IMG/VR virus record: IMGVR_UViG_3300017987_000115
Location: 1-53,459 of that record
Origin: a virus
Lineage: Duplodnaviria > Caudoviricetes
Strand: one strand, 5' to 3'
DNA length: 53,459 nt
Shown here: positions 46,130-53,459 of the stretch, in pieces
How positions within the stretch are numbered: position 1 is the first letter of the stretch
How the letters are laid out: each line of letters starts with the position of its first letter
Translations under genes and position numbers: made by a program
Notes under the pieces: generated by a model
Seen by the model: the letters and a program-made list of their open reading frames with translations, nothing else
What the model was told of the DNA's origin: nothing
Database searches by the model: none

Positions 46130-47080
46130 ATGAGTCTCAAGAGCATTTTGAAGAAGGGTCAGAAGAAATGGAAGAAGGCCCGCAAAGACGCCGAGAATAT
46201 GGGGAAGTCCCAGGTGGAAGACGGAAGGTACGTTGCGAAACTTGTTGAGGTAAAGCCCGGCAAGTCTCAGGCAGGACGCGATCAGATTGTGTTCACGTAC
46301 AAGATTCTGGAGGGCAAGCCCAAAGGCAAGAAGGTTTCTTCCTTCGAAGGAATTGAAACCGAAAAGAACCTCATGTTCCTCGCAAACAAGATTTCGAAAT
46401 TTGGATACGAGGTTCCCGAAGATGCGACTGAAATTGTCGACGTGGTCGAAGAGCTTCAGAAAGAGAAGCCGACATGTCGCATCCGTGTCAAGGACAACGA
46501 CGGCTTTGCCAACGTTTATCTTGACGGTCTCGTAGACGAGGAAGAAGTCGAAGAGTCCGAAGAAGAAGAAGAAGAAGAAGAAGACGAAGACGAAGACGAA
46601 GAAGAGTCCGAGGATGACGACGAGGAAGAAGAGTCGGAGGACGAGGATGAAGACGAAGACGAAAACGAAGAAGAGTCCGAAGAAGAAGAGGACGACGAGT
46701 CCGAAGAAGAAGACGACGAAGATGAAGATGATGAAGAAGATGACGAAGAAGAGGAAGAAGAAAACGAAGAAGAAGAGGACGAAGACGACGAAGAAGGGGA
46801 CGATGCCGACGAAGACGAGGATGAGGAAGAGGAAGGCGAAGAAATCACAAAGGGCATGAAAGTTCTCGTCAAGAAAGGCAAGAAGAAGCTTCCCGGAAAG
46901 GTCACCAAGATTTTTGAAAAGGACGAAGCGGTCAACGTCAAGCTCGATGATGGCAAGCTCTTGAAAAAGGTTTCCATCGACAAGCTCGAAGAGTACGACG
47001 AAGACGAAGTTCCCGAGGAGCCCAAGAAAAAGTCAAAGGGCAAAAATGGAAAGTCCAAAGGCAAGAAAAAGAAAAAGTAG
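46130..47080 (+). CDS. DUF669-type ssDNA-binding-like protein with a ~100 aa D/E tract and SH3/KOW-like C-terminal domain
   Basis: DGRY.AK......SQAGR.QI...Y.I.EG OB-like N-terminus next to the AAA gene. Confidence 0.7.
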   Translation: MSLKSILKKGQKKWKKARKDAENMGKSQVEDGRYVAKLVEVKPGKSQAGRDQIVFTYKILEGKPKGKKVSSFEGIETEKNLMFLANKISKFGYEVPEDATEIVDVVEELQKEKPTCRIRVKDNDGFANVYLDGLVDEEEVEESEEEEEEEEDEDEDEEESEDDDEEEESEDEDEDEDENEEESEEEEDDESEEEDDEDEDDEEDDEEEEEENEEEEDEDDEEGDDADEDEDEEEEGEEITKGMKVLVKKGKKKLPGKVTKIFEKDEAVNVKLDDGKLLKKVSIDKLEEYDEDEVPEEPKKKSKGKNGKSKGKKKKK

Positions 47081-47101
47081 CGTGAGCGAAACTTCTTTAA
47101 T

Positions 47102-47130
47102 GGGAGGGAGGCTTCGGCCTCTCTCCCTTC
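47102..47130 (+). terminator. terminator-like hairpin with a UUCG loop
   Basis: GGGAGGGAGGC-TTCG-GCCTCTCTCCC. Confidence 0.7.
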
Positions 47131-47161
47131 TGCAATTCTAAATTATAATTAGGAGTTCAAA

Positions 47162-47779
47162 ATGGAGCCTTTGAAAGTTTTCAAACCTATGCCAATGAAT
47201 ATGAGGGAGCGTCTCACAGACGAGTTTTTCGTAGAGTGCAGGTCTATTCTGGAAAAGAAGGGTAAAGATTACTCTCCAGACGACGAGGCGTTTGGCGAGA
47301 TCATAAAAATGGCACGTGCAACTAACACGTCGCCAGAACAGGTTATGTTTATCTACATGTTCAAGCACTGGTCTGCTATCCAGAGCTATGTGAAAAGAGG
47401 ACGTGTAGAGTCAGAAGAGATTCACGGAAGACTGAGTGACCTTGCAAACTACGCTGCACTAATGTCTGCTTTTATAAAGTTTTACAGGTCGGGAACTGTA
47501 AATGGCAAATCCAACGTTGAAATTTTTGATGACGATTACTATAACTTTAAACACGGTGACAAGGTAAAACTTAATCCAACCGTAAAGTTTGAAGAAATCA
47601 ACGAAGACCTTATGGACGCGTATGCTTGGACGATTGAACAGGGTGTGAAAGAGTGCAGTGATTATGTTGTTGAAGGAAAATCGTTCATAGACTCTCAAAT
47701 AAAAGAACGTCCTAAGTTCATGAAACTAAAAGAATTTCCAAATAGGGTTTTTCTTAGAAGATTGTTTGTAAGGGTTTAA
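47162..47779 (+). CDS. nucleotide-modification-associated domain 1 (Nmad1/DUF1599-like) protein
   Basis: KKGKDYS....F...ESEE....L.DLANYA.L pattern. Confidence 0.75.
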   Translation: MEPLKVFKPMPMNMRERLTDEFFVECRSILEKKGKDYSPDDEAFGEIIKMARATNTSPEQVMFIYMFKHWSAIQSYVKRGRVESEEIHGRLSDLANYAALMSAFIKFYRSGTVNGKSNVEIFDDDYYNFKHGDKVKLNPTVKFEEINEDLMDAYAWTIEQGVKECSDYVVEGKSFIDSQIKERPKFMKLKEFPNRVFLRRLFVRV

Positions 47780-47780
47780 C

Positions 47781-49718
47781 ATGGCACGTCTTAAATTAAA
47801 AAGAAAGATTCGTGCTGAACAGTCCGGAATGAACAAGCTTCGTGGAAAGTATATAGCTCTTGACACGGAAACTACTGGACTGATTCCGTACGGACCTTGC
47901 AAACACTGGGGCTTCTATCCTGCCAGACCTTTTGCCTTTTCTTTTTGTGACTGGTACGGTAACAAGGCTTATATACGTTGGGAAGTCGATCCAAAAACAC
48001 GTCGTGTTATACAAGAGAAAAAGACTGCTAAGATGATACAAGACCTTCTTGATAAGAAGGGAGTTGTAATCATATTCCACAACGCTTCATACGACTTGAA
48101 GATGATACAGTTTTCAGGTTTTGAGATACGCGGCAAGTATCACGACACTATGATTATGGCTCACGTTGTGACCGGAGGAAGTGAATTTACGTATGCACTT
48201 AAACCTATTACAGACAAGTTTTTTGACTTCCCACAACAAGACCAGAAAGATCTAATTGAAAGTGTCAGGTCAGCGTGGAAGCAAAACAAAAAAGTGCATC
48301 CTGAGTGGAAGTTCGCAGATAAAGCGTTCCAAGGAAGGCAACCTGTACAAGCAGACTATTGGATGGGTAATAGAAGGCTTTGCAAAAAGTACGCTGTTCA
48401 AGACGCAGTACGTACAATGTTGCTTTATCAGTTTTTGATAAAGAAGCTGAATAAAGATAAAGTACTTAAAGACGTTTACAGAAGAGAGATGCGGCTCCTT
48501 CCTGTTCTTGAAAAAATGGAACTGAAAGGTATGATGGTTCGCAAAGAAAAAGTTCTAGAACTGATAGAATACTATGAGAACTATATGAAAAAGCAGTTGA
48601 GGAAAGCAAATAAAGAAGGTGGTGGTAAAGACCTAAACTTCAGAAGTCATAAACAGTTAGTTAACGTATTCTTTGAGATACGGAAACACAAGCCAGAATT
48701 CTTTACACCTGGCGGAGCTCCCAAGATGGATAGCAAAGTACTTGGACGTCTCGCTGAGAAGGACAAGCTTGCCAAAGCTATTCTGGAGTATAGAACTGCA
48801 GCCCACGCTATTTCAGGTTTCCTTGAACCGTACACTAGGTTTTGGGTACCGGAAGATGGCCTGATGGTTTTACATCCAAACTTTAGACAAGTTGGAACTG
48901 TTACGGGACGGTTGTCTTGCTCAGATCCAAACTTGATGACAGTTTCTTCTGCGTCAACAGGTCGTCGTCGTTCAGATGTTGTAGAGCGTCCTCGTGAAGC
49001 TTTTGGACCTAGACCTGGTACCGTTTGGTACCTACCGGACTATTCACAGATTGAAGTGTGGCTTTTCTCTTTTATGTCTGGTGAGAAGGGTATGCAAAAA
49101 GCCTTGATGAGCGGATACGACTTCCATGGCTCGGTTGCAAATGATGTTTGGGGCAAAGAGCAAAACTTTAAAGAACGTTATAAGTATTGGAGGAAAAGAG
49201 CTAAAATTGTAATGTTCTGTAAGTTGTACGGAGGCGGAGCCAAAGCTGCTTCCAGACTTTTGGAGTGTTCGGTTGAAGAGGCAGAGGACTTTATATCAAA
49301 GTTCGATATGAGGTTTCCAGGTGTCAATAGATTTCAAAGACGTATGATCAACAGGGCAAACAGGCAGGGCTTCGTAAGAAATAAGTTTGGAAGGATTTAT
49401 TACTTACACCACAGCCAGTCTTATCGTGCAGTCAATTACCTTATACAAGGAACTGCCGCAGACATTTTGAAGAACGCTTTGTACTATGTTGATAAGATGT
49501 TGAAAGAGAAGTGGCCTGGTTGCAGTCTTTTGCTTCCTTTGCACGATGAAATATGTGTCGAAGTTCCTCTCGAGTACCACAGCAAGAGGCTTATGAGAGA
49601 AGTAATATTTGAAATGCAAAGAGACTCTGACAGGGTTGGTGTTCCAAAGCCGTTACCTGTTGGAATGAAAATATGTAAGACCCATTGGGATGAAACTACA
49701 GAAATTGAGAATGTATAA
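47781..49718 (+). CDS. polA: DNA polymerase family A (3'-5' exonuclease plus polymerase)
   Basis: DTETTG, HNASYD, TGRLS, DYSQIE, AK...F...YG, NYLIQGTAAD, LHDE. Confidence 0.95.
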   Translation: MARLKLKRKIRAEQSGMNKLRGKYIALDTETTGLIPYGPCKHWGFYPARPFAFSFCDWYGNKAYIRWEVDPKTRRVIQEKKTAKMIQDLLDKKGVVIIFHNASYDLKMIQFSGFEIRGKYHDTMIMAHVVTGGSEFTYALKPITDKFFDFPQQDQKDLIESVRSAWKQNKKVHPEWKFADKAFQGRQPVQADYWMGNRRLCKKYAVQDAVRTMLLYQFLIKKLNKDKVLKDVYRREMRLLPVLEKMELKGMMVRKEKVLELIEYYENYMKKQLRKANKEGGGKDLNFRSHKQLVNVFFEIRKHKPEFFTPGGAPKMDSKVLGRLAEKDKLAKAILEYRTAAHAISGFLEPYTRFWVPEDGLMVLHPNFRQVGTVTGRLSCSDPNLMTVSSASTGRRRSDVVERPREAFGPRPGTVWYLPDYSQIEVWLFSFMSGEKGMQKALMSGYDFHGSVANDVWGKEQNFKERYKYWRKRAKIVMFCKLYGGGAKAASRLLECSVEEAEDFISKFDMRFPGVNRFQRRMINRANRQGFVRNKFGRIYYLHHSQSYRAVNYLIQGTAADILKNALYYVDKMLKEKWPGCSLLLPLHDEICVEVPLEYHSKRLMREVIFEMQRDSDRVGVPKPLPVGMKICKTHWDETTEIENV

Positions 49719-49924
49719 TGGCTATGAGTAAACGGCTATTGTGCCAAAAAATATGCAGGTTGTCAAGAATAGTAAGAACTAGACACGGTTGTTCGAGTCT
49801 TCAAAAAGATGAACTTAAACAGCTGTATAGTTATCTTTCACTTAAGCAGAAAGAAGTAGAAGACCTCGAGCTAGAGATCTCAAGATTAAGGACTCAGCTT
49901 AAATCGAAAGGCAAGTATAAATGA
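49718..49924 (+). CDS. small hypothetical protein
   Basis: Coupled on both sides. Confidence 0.65.
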   Translation: MAMSKRLLCQKICRLSRIVRTRHGCSSLQKDELKQLYSYLSLKQKEVEDLELEISRLRTQLKSKGKYK

Positions 49925-52035
49925 TAAACCAAAAAACGTTTACGACGCATGGCGTCAACTTTACTGGAGAGTCGGGCGACCAGTGGACCGGAGACTGCCC
50001 TTTCTGTAGTAAAGAGGGAAAGTTTTACGTTAACGTCAACAATGGACTTTGGGATTGCAAGACGTGCGGTTTAAACGGAAACATTTCTGAATTTTTGAAT
50101 CAGACGTCTCTTATTTACAAGAAAAGGCTTAAGAAAAAATTACTGATTAAGCTCGCCAAGGATAGGGGTCTTCCTTCAAAGGCTTTCAAAGGATTAGATA
50201 TCGGATGGAATGGAAAGTCGTTTACTTTTCCTGTCAGAGATGCGAAGGGAAAAGTTGCAGATATTAGAATGTTTAAAACCGGATCAAAGTTTATACGTAG
50301 TACTCCAGGATGCAAGACAGGTTTATTAGGGCTAGATAAAATTGGAGAAAATGTTGAAGAGCCTATTATAGTATGTGAAGGAGAGTGGGACAAAGTTGCT
50401 TTAGATTTCCTTTTGAAAAAAGTGGGAAAACCTGGAAAGGTTGTAGCTGTTCCAGGGGCACAAGTTTTTAAGCAGCATTGGGTTCCGTATTTTGACGATA
50501 GAATTGTATACGCAATGTATGACAATGACAACCCTGGAGAGAACGGAGAACTTGTTCTTGAAAAAAGACTGACAGGGACTGCAAGTGAACTCTGGTATTT
50601 GCATTGGATAGAAAAACTTCCGTCTGGTTTTGATGTACGTGACTACGTGATCCGTGCACGTCGAGACAAAAAATTCAAAAAGTATTATAAGTCCATTATG
50701 TCAATGCTTCGGTCCTCTCCGAGGAAAGAGACTTCTAAGGATACAACGTATTTGAATGAAAAGGGTAAGAAGGTTATAACGAAAAAAGTTAAACCAATCT
50801 CTCTTAAGAAGGTATTTAAGGCATTCAACAAATGGTTGTATCTACCTAATACAGACGCGATTGAAGTTACACTTGCTGTAATGGCTTCGAATAAAATGGA
50901 AGGAGATCCGTTATGGATGTTTCTTGTCTCTCCTCCAGGGTCTTGTAAGACTGAAACGCTATCGTCTTTATCGAAATGTAAAAATGACGTATACGCAACG
51001 TCTTCTCTTACGCCTCATTCGTTAATATCTGGAGCGTCCTGGGTTGAAGGATCTGATCCAAGTTTGATACCGAGGTTGAATGGAAAGGTTCTTGTTATAA
51101 AAGACTTTACAACAATCATGCAGAAAAGGGAGCAAGAGCGTGATGAGATATTTGGTATCCTCAGAGACGCTTATGATGGTAAGTGTTCTAAGGTTTTTGG
51201 AACTGGTATTACTCGAAGCTACTCTAGCAGCTTTTCTGTTCTCGCTGCGGTCACACCACGTATATATGAAGTTGCGGAAAGCCATCAGTCGCTTGGAGAG
51301 AGATTTCTGAAATTTACAATGGCCGATAACATGAAACATTACTCTGAGGAAGAAATTATTAACAAGGCCATTTCAAACGTTAACAAAGAGAATAAGATGA
51401 AAGACGAATTGGCAAACGCTGTATATGCTTTCATGCAAAATAAATATTTGGGTTTCGTACCCGATATGCCAGACGAGGTAAAAGCGAAGATTATTGCATT
51501 GGCGAGGTTCGGTGCAAGAATGCGTGGCACTGTATCTAAAGAAAAACATCGACAAGACATTGTAAAGTCAAGACCGTCTGCGGAAGTTGGAACTCGAATC
51601 GCAAAACAGTTAACAAAACTTGCGTACTCGCTTGCAATGATAAGGAATAAAAAGTCTGTAGGTGACAGGCAGTATAAATTGGTTAAGAAGACTATGCTAG
51701 ATACTATTCCACAAAGGTCAGAGGATATTGTACGTCTTCTTTTCAAGAAGTGCAAGACTATTGACGATACATTAACAACAAAAGAAATTTCTCATGGAAC
51801 CAAGTATCCGCTTGCAACTGTGTTTAGAATTTTATCAGACATGGTTATGCTGGAAATAGTATTACAAGTTGGTCCGGCAGGTAAGCATCAGTATACACTT
51901 TCACCTTATATACGAAAGCATTTAAAGACAGCAGAACTGTACACAACGTCTGAAGAGTTGAATAGAACGTCGATGATGAGAAAACGTTTAAAGATGAAGA
52001 AGAAAAGGAAAAGAAAAAAGTTGGTGATCGTTTGA
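49921..52035 (+). CDS. primase-helicase (Zn finger, TOPRIM and AAA+ domains)
   Basis: CPFC...CKTC, VCEGEWD, YDND, SPPGSCKTE Walker A, ERF. Confidence 0.88.
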   Translation: MINQKTFTTHGVNFTGESGDQWTGDCPFCSKEGKFYVNVNNGLWDCKTCGLNGNISEFLNQTSLIYKKRLKKKLLIKLAKDRGLPSKAFKGLDIGWNGKSFTFPVRDAKGKVADIRMFKTGSKFIRSTPGCKTGLLGLDKIGENVEEPIIVCEGEWDKVALDFLLKKVGKPGKVVAVPGAQVFKQHWVPYFDDRIVYAMYDNDNPGENGELVLEKRLTGTASELWYLHWIEKLPSGFDVRDYVIRARRDKKFKKYYKSIMSMLRSSPRKETSKDTTYLNEKGKKVITKKVKPISLKKVFKAFNKWLYLPNTDAIEVTLAVMASNKMEGDPLWMFLVSPPGSCKTETLSSLSKCKNDVYATSSLTPHSLISGASWVEGSDPSLIPRLNGKVLVIKDFTTIMQKREQERDEIFGILRDAYDGKCSKVFGTGITRSYSSSFSVLAAVTPRIYEVAESHQSLGERFLKFTMADNMKHYSEEEIINKAISNVNKENKMKDELANAVYAFMQNKYLGFVPDMPDEVKAKIIALARFGARMRGTVSKEKHRQDIVKSRPSAEVGTRIAKQLTKLAYSLAMIRNKKSVGDRQYKLVKKTMLDTIPQRSEDIVRLLFKKCKTIDDTLTTKEISHGTKYPLATVFRILSDMVMLEIVLQVGPAGKHQYTLSPYIRKHLKTAELYTTSEELNRTSMMRKRLKMKKKRKRKKLVIV

Positions 52036-52382
52036 GGATTGAATTTTACAAAAAAGAATTGTGGGAATATGGACAGTATGTTTTGCACTTTATTAAAAGA
52101 CGTGACTTCAAAGGTTCTATACTTTATAAAGACGAGATACCAATTTCATGTATTCCTGGAGAAGGAGTCATACTTGAATACCTTAGACGAAAACAATGCA
52201 TGCCGGTTCTCGATGGGGTAGGAAACTTTTTTAGACTTTTAATTCATTTTATGTCGAGAGACGGTCGAGACTTCAAACAGTTCGATGGAAGATTGGCTAT
52301 TGTGGCTTTGATGAAAGGCTTGAGTTTTTTACACGGAAGAAAGGTTGAAGAATGCCAAGGAGAAAAGAAAGTTCCGTTTTAA
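52032..52382 (+). CDS. hypothetical protein
   Basis: TTG start overlapping the upstream stop. Confidence 0.55.
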   Translation: MRIEFYKKELWEYGQYVLHFIKRRDFKGSILYKDEIPISCIPGEGVILEYLRRKQCMPVLDGVGNFFRLLIHFMSRDGRDFKQFDGRLAIVALMKGLSFLHGRKVEECQGEKKVPF

Positions 52383-52702
52383 ATCAACCTGGTCAGATTA
52401 AAATTTTAGACTTTCACCGTTTTTCAGGTTGGAGTAGGAGAGGAACTGTCTATAGAATTGGACTTCGAATACCGCAATTTGACTTTCCAACTCTTCCTGG
52501 TATGGATTTTAAACCTAAAGTTATTTCCAGTGCAAGACGTTTAGATAATAAGGCGTGGTCGTTCTTTGCGTCGTGTGCAGGGTACTCAGACGTTGCTGTG
52601 AAAGACGGTACGATATTTGTATATGGAAATGGCGAAAATGACCTTGCTGAAAGAGTCTCGTATTGGCTAAAATGTAAAAAGTGGAGGGTAGTACTTCTAT
52701 GA
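52352..52702 (+). CDS. hypothetical protein
   Basis: Coupled to the downstream ATG (ATGA). Confidence 0.6.
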   Translation: MPRRKESSVLNQPGQIKILDFHRFSGWSRRGTVYRIGLRIPQFDFPTLPGMDFKPKVISSARRLDNKAWSFFASCAGYSDVAVKDGTIFVYGNGENDLAERVSYWLKCKKWRVVLL

Positions 52703-53459
52703 GTTTGTTTATGAAAAAAAGAACTCTTGGGATAATAGTTACCACTGCGTATCCAAATATAATGCGTGACATGTTTATGAAAACCATAGACAATATAAGT
52801 CACATCAAAAATAGGTCCGTACTTTTGATAAATTTCTTGGACAAGGCGTATACAAAAGGTCAGGTGAAGGAAGTAAAAAAGATATTAAAGTCCAAGGGTT
52901 GGAAAGTTAGATGTACCACTCATAGAACAGACCCAGGCATGTCCCCAAAACTTATATGGTTGAGAGAGTCCGCGTGCCAACTTTTTCCAGATGCAAAGTA
53001 TTATCTTATAACAGACGACGACATGAAATTTGGATCGGGTACTCTGAAGTATAATATACCTGCAGGACAGAGGTATCTGGAGTGCCTTGATTACATTGGC
53101 AGATTTGAAAATTGCTGCGGCGTAATGTGCAAAGGCTTCCTAGGCGGATACATACAACAGTTGAAAATTAAACCCACGTGGCATTGTGTCTACTCTATTG
53201 ACAAGGGAATGTTTTTAAGGAACGGCATGCCGATTTTGGGTTATCATATCTCACCTCCAGAAACTTGGAAACTTTACGGAGGGTACGCTGAAAAACCGTC
53301 GTCGTTTGGATGGATTTCAAAAGGCTATTGGTTTGCAAAGCAAATGAATGTTCCAATAATACATAGACCTGAGAAGAAAACTTACAAAAAGTCGAAAAGA
53401 AGTATGCACAGTTTAAAGGTCGTAACTGACAATGTTGGAAAGTACCTAGAAAAAGTTTA
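52699..53459 (+). CDS. GT-A fold glycosyltransferase (partial, runs off the window end)
   Basis: Hand translation is open for 253 codons: LGIIVTT N-terminal strand, LIWLRE, YYLITDDDMKF (DxD motif). Not in the ORF track. Confidence 0.7.
   Translation, partial: MSLFMKKRTLGIIVTTAYPNIMRDMFMKTIDNISHIKNRSVLLINFLDKAYTKGQVKEVKKILKSKGWKVRCTTHRTDPGMSPKLIWLRESACQLFPDAKYYLITDDDMKFGSGTLKYNIPAGQRYLECLDYIGRFENCCGVMCKGFLGGYIQQLKIKPTWHCVYSIDKGMFLRNGMPILGYHISPPETWKLYGGYAEKPSSFGWISKGYWFAKQMNVPIIHRPEKKTYKKSKRSMHSLKVVTDNVGKYLEKV

Noticed and set aside
46516-47064. Minus-strand poly-Ser ORF (similarly 12065..12523)
   Set aside because: Antisense shadow of GAA/GAC-rich acidic tracts.
1-53459. tRNAs, integrase/repressor, reverse transcriptase/DGR, introns or inteins
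   Set aside because: None recognised by eye, and the pol, terL and primase genes appear uninterrupted. tRNAscan and HMM searches were not run.

Overview
The window is a probably near-complete ~53.5 kb tailed dsDNA phage genome with all real genes on the + strand. It appears siphovirus-like (tail tube and tape measure present, no sheath), and no integrase or repressor was seen, so it is probably lytic. Order: a compositionally anomalous block of small early-type genes (~1.0-5.1 kb); an HTH gene and terS; a lambda-like cos candidate (~6.5 kb); lambda GpA-type terL; a Mu-like portal fused to a Zn ribbon and a gpF domain; protease/scaffold; gpD-like decoration protein; gpE-like capsid; fibre/beta-helix genes; connectors, tail tube, frameshifted chaperones, tape measure and tail tip; lysis genes (Amidase_3, permuted papain-like); a second control region (~31.6-32.1 kb); and replication genes (SLOG, SNF2 helicase, RuvC-like, ligase, Cas4-like nuclease, AAA ATPase, acidic SSB-like protein, PolA, primase-helicase). 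The most notable signals are: (1) a candidate new pyrimidine-hypermodification pathway (FAD oxidoreductase, dUTPase-HAD fusion, catalytically rewired ThyX, Nmad1, altered PolA, DxD glycosyltransferase); (2) a ~5.5 kb TA/GAG/CTC-depleted segment bounded by the cos candidate and a palindrome-dense non-coding block, suggesting staged DNA injection; (3) covarying repeated hairpin modules; and (4) widespread polybasic tails paired with one ~100-residue polyacidic protein. All family assignments are from motifs recognised by eye, with no database search.
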